A stretch of DNA of 64,000 nucleotides from positions 10,850,001-10,914,000 of the forward strand of contig OZ024742.1 of NCBI GenBank assembly GCA_964016885.1. The letters are read 5' to 3'. The DNA is from Eledone cirrhosa. Lineage: Eukaryota. The translations under genes and the position numbers were made by a program. Positions 43,580 through 54,839 of this stretch are shown piece by piece (within the stretch, counting starts at the first letter, position 1; every line of letters begins with the position of its first letter). The notes under the pieces were generated by a model. The model saw only the letters and a list, made by a program, of their open reading frames with translations. It made no database searches and was not told the DNA's origin.

Positions 43580-43870
43580 TGTTTGTCTAACCTCATTGGT
43601 TTTTTCGTTGCTTTGGTATTATGTGGCTAGGCTTACCTGCCGCAGTTTTCCATTTGTCAAGCTATCTAACGTATGTTATTACTCTAAGGTGACTCAGCCT
43701 TATCGAGTGCTTTGCTGCACATTCCTAATTGTATATTGTTAGTTTGACCACAGCCAAAACTTCGATTTTACTAAACTTCCATTTGTATATTAGAGAGAGA
43801 GAGAGAGATTAAGTAATGACAACAACTAAAGTAAATGTCCCTCAATGTGATTCCTCTTTTTCTTCTTCAG

Positions 43871-43950
43871 GTTGAGCACATTCAGAGATGTTCCAGAAAA
43901 AATGCCTTTTAAAGAAGCCATGGCTCATGTTATAAATGAACCATTATATG
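43871..43950 (+). CDS. Sema2a: Semaphorin-2A-like exon 10 (PSI-Ig linker)
   Basis: Strong pyrimidine tract ttttttcttcttcag, donor gtaagt. (K)LSTFRDVPEKMPFKEAMAHVINEPLY bridges phase 2 to phase 1 exactly as required, though similarity is weak. Confidence 0.85.
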
Positions 43951-44769
43951 GTAAGTGGTGCCTCTATTGATGATAGTATTGTTATAGCTACACATTCTAT
44001 TACTGACACCATGGTAAGTGGTGCCTCTATTGATGATAGTGTTGTTAGAACTGCACATTCTTTTACTGACATTTTTCTATGTCTTGCGAGACCCTGTGTC
44101 TCTATCAGAACAACGTTCATTCCTAAGCTACAGACGTGCATAAGGAGTTTTAGTGTAAGACCAACAGTCATCCATGCAGACGAGTTTCTTCTCAATTCCA
44201 CTGATGTCCAAAGGAAAGAAAAGAACTGATATAGTTTGGAATCAATGTTATCACAGGATAAGTGAGATCATTAAGGGCTGAAAGACAACAAGGCATCACA
44301 TCTTGTGCTAGGAAAATTCCCCCACCAACTCTCTTATAACTGAATTCAAATCCTGCCCTTTCATCTTTTCAGTAAATGAAATAGCAGTTCAGTGGATTAG
44401 GGGATTATTAAAATATCAGAGATCATCATCATCATTTAACGTCCATCTTCCACACTAGCATTGGTTAGACAGTTTTGTTCCATTTGATACAGGAATCGTT
44501 GGGAGACCATGTCTTGTTTGCACGGAAGTGTCTCTGGCAGGTTTTTTACAGCTGGATGCCCTTCCTAACACTAACTACATTTACAGTGTGGACTGGGAGC
44601 CTTTTTACCATGTCCCCTACACAACCACCTTGCAGTGTGGACTAGTGTCATCAACACAGTGGACGGAACAGGAGAGGGAGGGTTGAGTAGAGGTGTGGAG
44701 TGTACATTGGGTTAAGAGGTGCCTACTGATTGTATCAATATCTGAAACAATTCTACCTAGTTGCCAATG

Positions 44770-45401
44770 TTCAGGGTTAGTCACCTGACTAACGAGGTAT
44801 CCTGTCCAATGCGGAATGGTCAGGGTTAGTCACCTGACTAACGAGGTATCCTGTCCAAACTGGAATGGTCAGGGATAGTCACCTGACTAACGAGGTATCC
44901 TGTCCAACCTGGAATGGTCAGTGTTAGTCACCTGACTAACGAGGTATCCTGTCCAACCTGGAATGGTCAAGGTTAGTCACCTGACTAACGAGGTACTCTG
45001 TCCAACCTGGAATGGTCAAGGTTAGTCACCTGACTAACGAGGTATCCTGCCCAGCCTGGAATGGTCAAGGTTAGTCACCTGACTAACGAGGTATCCTGTC
45101 CAACCTGGAATGGTCAGTGTTAGTCACCTGACTAACGAGGTATCCTGTCCAACCTGGAATGGTCAGGGTTAGTCACCTGACTAACGAGGTATCCTGTCCA
45201 ACCTGGAATGGTCAAGGTTAGTCACCTGACTAACGAGGTATCCTGTCCAAACTGGAATGGTCAGGGTTAGTCACCTGACTAACGAGGTATCCTGTCCAAT
45301 GCGGAATGGTCAAGGTTAGTCACCTGACTAACGAGGTATCCTGTTCAACCTGGAATGGTCAGGGTTAGTCACCTGACTAACGAGGTATCCTGTCCAACCT
45401 G
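44770..45401. repeat. 49-bp minisatellite, about 13 copies
   Basis: Unit ggtcagggttagtcacctgactaacgaggtatcctgtccaacctggaat. Confidence 0.96.
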
Positions 45402-45679
45402 TAATTAGCCAGCATTGGACAGGAAGAGTTACAATGATCATAACTTACTAATTTGTTTATCTCTCATTTATCTACTTAGTTAACATCTAACTACTTTAAA
45501 GTCCTTTCCAATGCGGCTTTCTTTTTCTCTATGTTTGACTAAACATTCTAATTCTATGTATGTAACTAGATAAATATTATTATTCCATTGTACAATTAAA
45601 GAAATAAGTGGAACCCATAAAAAAACTACTTGTTTATCTTTCTATTTAAATATTTACTCATCAACAATCCTATTTTCAG

Positions 45680-45925
45680 AATCTCGTACAGTAAATGTAT
45701 CTGTTGGGACGTCATTCCGACTACGATTAAGCTACAAAATTTGTGTTGAAGGCCCAGTAAAATGGAAAAAAAATGAGACAGTACTATGTCCTGGCAATGA
45801 ATATTTGCTGGCACAAGATAATTCACTAATTCTACAAAACATTCACACTGGTCACCAAGGTCACTATCAGGCCGAAGACCGACATAATGCAGTAGTTTCA
45901 CAATACATTGTTAACATACGTAAAG
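45680..45925 (+). CDS. Sema2a: Semaphorin-2A-like exon 11 (Ig-like domain)
   Basis: Acceptor tattttcag, donor gtcagt. (E)SRTVNVSVGTSFRLRLSYKICVEGPVKWKKNETVLCPGNEYLLAQDNSLILQNIHTGHQGHYQAEDRHNAVVSQYIVNIRK shows the Ig pattern G-x-S-x-x-L, core W, L-x-L and G-x-Y. Confidence 0.9.
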
Positions 45926-46414
45926 GTCAGTTATTATTTCTTCTTCTTGTCACTGTTGTTGTTGCTGAGCTCTAATCCAGCAAAATAGATCATCAAAGTT
46001 GTCCCAACCATGTTCTGGATATTTAATCTGTTACCCAGTTTAACACTTTACCATTTACATTACTCTCTATATACTATTATATTTTCATGGTAAAGGCTTT
46101 ACATCATATAATAATCTCATAATATTGAAGCTATGAGATTTTGATATTTATTTTGAGAACAATACCTTAACATCAGTATGAGCCATTTTGAACAGAAAGA
46201 GGTGAGGAAATTCTGGCCGGGTACGACCGGTATAATCTCTGATTGTAACCAGAGAACTGCATATGGTGGATGAAGTGTTGTATGTGTCTCTCTAGTTATT
46301 TGGGGTTGCACATGCGGGACACGTTTCTCATCACCTGTACCAAATCCGCAATCAGTATGTTGATTTTGGTGTGATCCGAAACAGCTAAGTTTCAGTGGAT
46401 CAGGTATTTGGAAG

Positions 46415-46669
46415 TCATGGGTTTGGATAATCGGATTGGAGGATTTGTTTTTTGTTATTAATGGTTTCTAACCAGAGCTCTGTGTCTAGTACAGGTAATC
46501 GATGGTTGGGGTGTTTGCTTGGGTAGTCTATAGTAACTCTAATACTCTGGTGGATGGAGTTAGCTATTTGCTGGATGCTGTCCATGGTGTTTTTCTCTAA
46601 TTCCTGACTGTTCTCTAGTGGGGGTGTTTTTACTACAATGTTTATATCATCAACGTAGCGGGAGTACAA
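46415..46669 (-). mobile_element. Penelope-like element reverse transcriptase remnant
   Basis: YSRYVDDINIVV (RT catalytic motif) followed by IRVTIDYPSKHPNHRLPVLDTELW, resembling the PLE-type LP-x-LD motif. Confidence 0.75.
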
Positions 46670-46717
46670 ATTCTGTTTATGTTTTATGTATTATTTGTGT
46701 TTTATTCTTTGTTTTAG

Positions 46718-46806
46718 ACAAGGAAGATATTGAGAAAGATTGGATGCTGAAGTTCCAAGAATGGTGTGACTTATTTGAGGATTACAAAAGAGAACGTGAC
46801 AAATGG
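46718..46806 (+). CDS. Sema2a: Semaphorin-2A-like exon 12 (class-2 C-terminal helix)
   Basis: Acceptor tttgttttag, donor gtaaat. (D)KEDIEKDWMLKFQEWCDLFEDYKRERDKW matches the class-2 W-C-x-x-F-E-x-Y-K...W tail. Confidence 0.92.
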
Positions 46807-46953
46807 GTAAATGTTTGTTTTTAATTCATACATACTTTATTGCAGCTTCCCCACCACTACCACCACATCAACAGCATCATCATCATCATCAATCAGACTA
46901 ATTAACTGTTTTTGCAGAACACACGATTCTTCATTACTATGATCATCATCATA

Positions 46954-47140
46954 GGGCAGTGGATTGGCAGTATCGGTAGAGAGTCAGACGCCATGCTTTG
47001 CAGCATAGAGTTACGACCCTTGCCATTCTGAGTTCAAATCCTGCTGAGGTTAACTTTGCCTTTCATCCTTACGTACCATAAAGTACCTGTAATATACTGG
47101 GATAATTGCTGGCCTTGTGCCAAGAGTAGAAACAATTATT
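46954..47140 (+). mobile_element. tRNA-headed SINE (family B)
   Basis: Homologous to 43149-43342. Confidence 0.8.
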
Positions 47141-47903
47141 ATGAACATCATCATCTTATCTAAGTAGAGCATAAGATTCTTCAACATTTTCCTCCTCGTC
47201 AATATCTATATTATGAGTCATTGCCATAATCATCATCATCAATATCATCAATATTATCATCCTTTCATCTCAGTCAACATGACAAGTCACAACATTATTT
47301 TTACCATCAATATCCTTGCAAGCTATATCATCATCATCATCATACACTACAAATGTAACCAGTACACTGTATAATGTAGTTGGTAATAGGAAGTCCCTCC
47401 AACAATAGAAAATCTCCCAAACAAAGAGTCAGGAGGACCCCTCAGCTGTGTCTAAGATATGGCAATTTTCCTAGTGCTGGTGCCATCATAAAATGTATGT
47501 GGTGGACTTGGTAAAGTCTAGGAACATATGTAAGCAAGATGGTGGTCAGTAAGAAAGGGGACTGTGAGAATATGGAGTATGTGGGTGAGATGCCAGCACT
47601 CGGCATATCTGAGAGGTCAGTTGCTCCAATTAATTACTGACGTTAACTGTAGTGACCCGTCCAACCCTTGCAAGTAGGGAAACAGACATGAACATGAACA
47701 TTTCCACAGCTAACAAAACTGTCATCAAGTGAGCTGATTACAGGAGGCTTGATCAGCTAGAAATAGAAGGCAAATCTTCCTTGAATCACACCCTATATCT
47801 ACAATCTTAGAAACAAAAGAAAAAAAGGGGACATATTGTAATATATAGTCATTTTTTTAAAAAGATGGATTAGTCAGGATTGGAATGTCATTGGCTATAT
47901 AAT

Positions 47904-48667
47904 TGTTTCTACTTTTGGCACAAGGTGAGCAATTATCCAGTATATTACTGGTACTTTATCGACCCTGTAAGGATGAAAGGTAAGATTAACCTCGGCGGGA
48001 TTTGAACAAAGAATGGCAAGGGACGTAACTGTGCATCAAAGCATGACATCCGACCCTCTACCGATACTGCCAATCCACTGCCCTCGCATGGTGTCAGACC
48101 CTCTACCGATACTGCCAATCCACTGCCCTAGCATGGCCTCAGACCCTCTACCGATACTGCCAATCCACCGCCCTAGCATGGCGTCAGACCCTCTACCGAT
48201 ACTGCCAATCCACTGCCCTAGCATGGCGTCAGACCCTCTACCGATACTGCCAATCCACTGCCCTAGCATGGCGTCAGACCCTCTACCGATACTGCCAATC
48301 CACTGCCCTAGCATGGCGTCAGACCCTCTACCGATACTGCCAATCCACTGCCCTAGCATGGCGTCAGACCCTCTACCGATACTGCCAATCCACTGCCCTA
48401 GCATGGCGTCCGACCCTCTACCGATACTGCCTATCCACCGCCCTAGCATGGCGTCAGACCCTCTACCAATACTGCCAATCCACTGCCCTAGCATAGCGTC
48501 AGACCCTCTACCAATACTGCCAATCCACTGCCCTAGCATGGCGTCCGACCCTCTACCGATACTTCCAATCCACTACCCTAGCATGGCATCAGACTCTCTA
48601 CCGATACTGCCAATCCACCACCCTAGCATGGCGTCAGACTCTCTACCGATACTGCCAATCCACCGCC
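47904..48667 (-). mobile_element. Family B SINE with tandemly amplified 5' head
   Basis: TSD attggctatataat at 47890-47903 and 48668-48681. SINE body occupies about 47904-48040. Confidence 0.85.
48040..48667. repeat. 45-bp minisatellite, about 14 copies
   Basis: Unit cactgccctagcatggcgtcagaccctctaccgatactgccaatc. Confidence 0.96.
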
Positions 48668-48962
48668 ATTGGCTATATAATGTCTGTTCAAGCTGATTGT
48701 AGAGAGCAGCAAAAGAACCTTGCTACTTTTACCTTCATTACCACCATTATCATCAACCAATTCCCACTACTGTTCTACCACTAACATCATCACATCAGCC
48801 ATTTGCCACTATTGTTACCACTACTATCATTATCATCACCAACCACCACCATTGCTATCATCATCATCACCAACCACCACCATTATTATCATCAACATCA
48901 TCACCATCAACCACCACCCCACCCTTCAACCATATAACCTATTTCTCTTTCTCTCCTCACAG

Positions 48963-49037
48963 ACCAACAACTGCCATACTGGTAATGCTGACATCAACAG
49001 TAACACCATCAATGCCATCCCGCAGAATAGAAACTGA
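48963..49037 (+). CDS. Sema2a: Semaphorin-2A-like terminal coding exon
   Basis: Acceptor ttctctttctctcctcacag. TNNCHTGNADINSNTINAIPQNRN then TGA. No transmembrane segment in the spliced 552 aa, so a secreted protein is predicted. AATAAA at about 49080. Confidence 0.8.
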   Translation, partial: TNNCHTGNADINSNTINAIPQNRN

Positions 49038-50817
49038 ATTCCTTAAAAGTAAAAAAAAATTCTAAAAAATATTAAAATTAATAAAGAAAAATGTTTAAAA
49101 AGAAAGAAAGAGGATATATATAAACACATGTATATATACTTATATATACATATATAAACATGTATATATACATATATAAACAAACATGTATATATACATA
49201 TATATAAACAAACACGTATATATACATAAACACATGTATATATACTTATGTATACATAAACATGTATATATGCATATATATATAAACATGTATATATACT
49301 TCTACATATATATACAAAATGCATACATTCACATACACATATGTATACATACATAAGGAAACAAAGTTTTTTTCTACAGCATATATATATATATGTATAT
49401 AAAATACATATGTGTATATATTTATATATGTACATATAATAAATGTTTATATATGTATATATATGTGTGTGTGTGTGTATTATATATGTATATAATACAT
49501 ATGTGTATATATATTTTGTGTGTATATATGTATATATAATATATCGCTATATAAACACACACACATACTGACCTCCCCTTCTGCTCCTACTACTGTTACT
49601 ACTACAAACGATGTTGTCTTTACTTGTGTCATTATTGACACTGTTGTCTTCTGTGACAGTGCCAGGACAGAGCCGCTTTTTCCTGCCACTCGAGGATATA
49701 TATAAGAAAACATAGAGACGGTGTGCCACTGCCTCCGCTGTCAGCCCATTGCCGCCACTGCTGCTGCTGCTACCTCCAACTACAACAACAACAAAACAGC
49801 AGCAACAACTACAATAACTTGAGTAACAGACAGTAAGAGTGAAAAAAAAAAAGTAACAAGAATTGTTGCTGCTAACTACAACAACACACCACCAAACCGC
49901 CACCCTCCTCCACCATTGCAACCTTAAACCCACCTACCCAACCCTACCACTAGCATACCTTTCTTTCTTCATCTTCTTCCCCTCCTGTCTTCCCACCCTT
50001 ACTCATCCTCCCCCCTTGTAGACCCGTCCCTTGATCCCTTGCAGGTTTTTAACTAAGCAATCAGTAAATTGACGACTGATACCAAAAACAAAAAAAGAGC
50101 AGAGAAAATGCAAAAAAAAAAAACTTTAACAAATCTAAAACAACAACAACAAACTGAAAAGACAAATAACAAAAAAAAACACCAATGTTAATAATAATGG
50201 TTTTAATTTAGGCACAAGGCCAACAATTTTGGGAGTGGGGAAAGTCAAATCACCCCAATGTGTTACTGGTACTTTATTTTATCAGTAACACACTCAGGTT
50301 GATTTAATAATAATAATAATAACTATAAATACAATGAGAAAATGTAACCAAATGATGAATGACAAACAAAGAAAAAAATAGCAAAATAATAAATAAATAA
50401 AATAAAATAAATTGAAACAAATTCCTTGTCAAAGTCAGTGTCCCATACTTTCTTATGGAATATGACCCCACAAATGTTCTCACCCCGCTTATTGCTATTT
50501 GCCCCTACATACAATCTACCTTTCTCTCTTTCTCTTTCTCTCATTTTCTTCTCTTCTGCATCTATATTTTATCTTTTTTTCTGCTCCTTTCAGAGTTTCA
50601 ATACACAACAACATTGTCAACAATAAAAATAGCCAAAACACCTCAAAAAATAAGATAAAACTGACAACAACCCCAGTTTAATAACTAGTACCACTACTAC
50701 AAGGTTGCCTCATTCTCATCACCACCACCAAATTATTATCTTTTATAACAGTTACTACAACAGCAAGCTCCTAGTAACATGACCATCATCCTATACATAC
50801 ATATATATATATATATA

Positions 50818-50958
50818 TATTAAAATAACAGATTAAAGTTTAAGCAAAGAATCACTGCTTTCACCCTTAACGGGATCTTCTGAAACTGAGTTTCAGAAGA
50901 TCCCGTTAAGGGTGAAAGCAGTGATTCTTTGCTTAAACTTTAATCTGTTATTTTAATA
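50818..50958. repeat. Perfect palindrome, 70-bp arms, 1-nt spacer
   Basis: Centre ...cttctgaaact-g-agtttcagaag... at 50888; abuts (TA)n. Confidence 0.95.
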
Positions 50959-51491
50959 AATATTTGCTCTACGGTTTTATATATATTATATATATATTAT
51001 CCTTATCGAGCCCTCTTCAGATTTTAGTCTTCACATTATTACTATATATATATACATACACATAAATATGGATTCAGAGGGATGAGGCTGTAAGTTACTG
51101 ATGACGAGTGTTAGAAAGTAAAGGTACACAAGAAATGGACATCTTCCCTTCATCAGTTATGTATATATATATATATATATATACAAGGATCGGAATTAGA
51201 GTATTCCGCAGTTCACAGTAATAATAATATTAGCTCAAAGAAGAACATAATTGCTAACCTGTAGGTGTTGTTTTCCATACAGTAACGGTTAAACCCACAT
51301 GTAATAATTCTTTACACACATCTCGCTGTGTAACACACTTCTCTCTGTGTAATATATTTGTATATATATATATAGGAAAAGAGTCAGGACCCTGACGGCT
51401 GAGCTCTTGCCGTTTCGACAGCTAGATCTGAATATATATATAGTTGAAAGACAAGAGAAAAATATACTCAATACTGTAGTTCAGTTTAATT

Positions 51492-51610
51492 ATTAAGGCT
51501 ATATAGTGAGTGTTGTTACTCTGGAGTTTCATCTGTTCCCCCTCAGTGTCTGACAACACTGAGGAACAGGGGAAACTCCAGAGTAACAACACTCACTATA
51601 TAGCCTTAAT
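51492..51610 (+). mobile_element. Fold-back element with degenerate hammerhead
   Basis: 39-bp perfect arms at 51492-51530 and 51572-51610. Motif tgt-CTGACAA-cactgaggaacaggg-GAAA-ctccagag-TA-aca. Confidence 0.6.
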
Positions 51611-51954
51611 GAAATGAATATCTATAATGCATAGGTGTGTACGTCTACTCAACCCAATATTATATATATATATATATATATATGGGTGTGTATGTAGCAT
51701 TATGTTGATGAGGATAACCCCTACTATGGCTACTGACAAACTACTACCATTACTAATTCTTCTTTGCTACCAATCCAAAAACAAAGATTGCACATATATA
51801 ATCATCAACAACAGTACCTTTAAGTGGTTGCTCTACATGCTATAAAGAGCAACTAAATCTGCCTCAAATCAACAATACTGTCTATGTACTTTACTCCAGG
51901 TGGAATCATAGGTGTGTTGTTGAGACATGCTGTGAGCCATTCAACTTCAAATGT

Positions 51955-52165
51955 CATTGGTAGAGTTATTGCTCTGTACCAGATCTTGGGCTAAAGTTAT
52001 TGCTGTGTACTAGATCTTGGGGTAGAGTTATTGCTGTGTACTAGATCTTGGGGTAGAGTTATTGCTGTGTACTAGATCTTGGGGTAGAGTTATTGCTGTG
52101 CCAGATCTTAGGCTAAAGTTATTGCTGGGTACCAGAACTTGTGCTACTGGTGTGTACCAGATCCT
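51955..52165. repeat. About 31-bp tandem repeat, about 6 copies
   Basis: Unit gatcttggggtagagttattgctgtgtacta. Confidence 0.88.
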
Positions 52166-52765
52166 GGGTCTCTACTAATAATTTGCCTCGTCATTCTTTG
52201 AAGATTTCTGTCCTCTCCCTCCACATGGCCATGTCACAGTGTTCTTTCCCCTCTCTGATATATAAACGTTTTCATAGAGGTCAATGTGATACAGCAGAGC
52301 TTCAAAGATATACTTATGATTTGATCCAGTTATAAGATACAAGGTTGCACTACCGTCTCATGTATAGTAGCTCTATCTTCTTTATTAATGTCTCTGCAGT
52401 GAGTGTTAATGGCTCACATGTATATAGGGAGATGGATAGCATGACTACAACTACTACTACTACTACTACTACACAGGAGTGTGATATTTCTCTTCAAGGT
52501 GATGTTTCTATCTTTCTATATTGGCTGTAGTCCAGTTATTGCAGTTACTGCAATAATATATCATAAATATCATAATCCGTTAAAATGCCATCCCTCTCTC
52601 TCCTTAGCAATTTCCTCAACAAAACCACCACTACTACCACCACTACAGCCATACTATAATTATCCCCACTGTTCTATGGTAGGTTCATATAGAATCAATT
52701 TGATTCACTGAAGATACAAAGGTTTATTAAAGTGTTTTTTCCAGTTTTCATTTGATTGCTGAAAT

Positions 52766-52814
<49 letters not shown>

Positions 52815-52984
52815 GTGTGTGTGTGTGTCTGATTCAGTTTGTTGAATAACTAATCTGAAGAGCAGATTAATAATGGAGTCAGGTCCATAACTTCTATGGG
52901 TGACCTTGAGCCAATCCTCTGAGAAACACCCGTAACAGATCGCTACACAAAAATCTAAATACATGTAAATGAACTTCGTTTTTC

Positions 52985-53045
<61 letters not shown>

Positions 53046-53577
53046 CATACACACATACACACACTGATGTGCATAAATTCACAATTTTGAGGAGTCAATG
53101 TTGGGATATTAAATAAAATAAATCAGGAAAGGGTATTGTATGTCATGACCTCTACACCTCCATAAGTAGTTACAGCTCCTTAAATTACATAAATACATAA
53201 ACTATGAAATATCAAAGTCTTTCATTATATCCCTTCTAAGATATCTGATCCACTAAATAACACCCTACAAGCTATTTGATATGTCATCTGATCTCTGATC
53301 CACCTAGTATCACTCTAAAAGCTATTTGATCTGTCACACTCCACTGATTCAACAAATAACACTCCAGAAGATATTTGATTTTTTATACTGGCTTATCTCA
53401 CAATGGGGCAACCCGTCTAACCCATGCTAGCATGAGAAAATGGATTTTAAACAGTGATGAAGATGATGATAGGCTATCATCATTTATACGTATAAATATA
53501 TATATATATACCATACTGTTTGACTCATACAGCATGGAAAACTGACATAAATCTATGAAAGAAAATATGATGAGAGT

Positions 53578-53910
53578 CATCATCATCGTCATCATCACCG
53601 TTTTACGTCCGTTCTTCCACGCTAGCATGGGTTAGACGGGTTGTCCTGTTATGGGCAGTGTCTGGTCGGCTGACCATGCCTTGCTCATACAGGAACTGAT
53701 CTGGCTTGATTTCTACAGCTGGATGCCCTTCCTAACACCAACCTCATTTACAGTGAGTGCTGGGTGCTTTTTCGTGGCGCCTACACATCCACTTTACAGT
53801 TTGGGCTGGGTGCTTTTTTGCCGTGGCACCTCCACGACCACCTTGCGGTGGGGGGAGTGGGGGCATATTGTTTATATGCTTCAGCATGTACCCATGGGAG
53901 GTCGGGTGTG
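53578..53910 (-). mobile_element. RTE-tailed retroposon fragment
   Basis: Reverse copy of the 360-720 / 28070-28300 body and tail. Confidence 0.72.
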
Positions 53911-53912
53911 TT

Positions 53913-53944
<32 letters not shown>

Positions 53945-54640
53945 GATATATATATATATATATACATACACACAGTCCTAAACTCTAGCAAGGGAATTTG
54001 TCTGAGACACCAACAGAGTATGTATAATACACATCTACACTTCTATCATATAAAGGTGTATTGAACAAAAGCAATAATATGTGTGTGTGTCTGTCTTAAT
54101 ATCGTTATCATATGAATAAATATGTACACAATGTCCCTGGAACACTTCCACACACACACACACATCAATATTCTCAGCATTTTAACTCCATTCTGTTATC
54201 CACACTTATATACACCAGATAGAAAGCCTTCATACATATCCAATAGATGTAAGAAGCTGCAAGTATGGCTGGCTGGCTGGTTAAGATATTTGATTTGGAA
54301 TAATGAGATTTTCAGTTCAATCCCAAATGTCTTTACTACAGCCTCAGCTTGACCCAACCCATAAGAGTGAAATTTGGTAGACAGTGACTGTATGGAAGCC
54401 CTTCAGATTGAGTTTTACTACCACCAATACTGATATTGTATCACAATTGTCATAATTAAGAATTATTGCTGAAACCAATGACGGATCCATTATCATTATA
54501 TACACACAGTATATATATTACATCACATATACATACATTATCATATATATATATATATACTTCAAATATACACAGTATATAGACTGCATACACTATATAT
54601 ACATACATACATTATTATCCTATATATATATATACTACAA

Positions 54641-54678
<38 letters not shown>

Positions 54679-54839
54679 TGCATACATACATTATTATCAC
54701 TGCACATATGCTACAAATATAAACATATATTGCATATATGTATACATACATAATACATATTCACACACACACATTATTATATATATACTACAAATATATA
54801 CACACTATATACATCATAAATTGCATGCATAAATGCATA

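Noticed and set aside
44770-45401. CRISPR-like appearance of palindromic repeat arrays (also 16903-17832 and 59840-64000)
   Set aside because: Head-to-tail units without unique spacers, no cas genes, and a eukaryotic intronic context.
48013-48696. 227-aa Pro-rich repeat ORF
   Set aside because: In-frame translation of a 45-bp SINE-head array bounded by a TSD.
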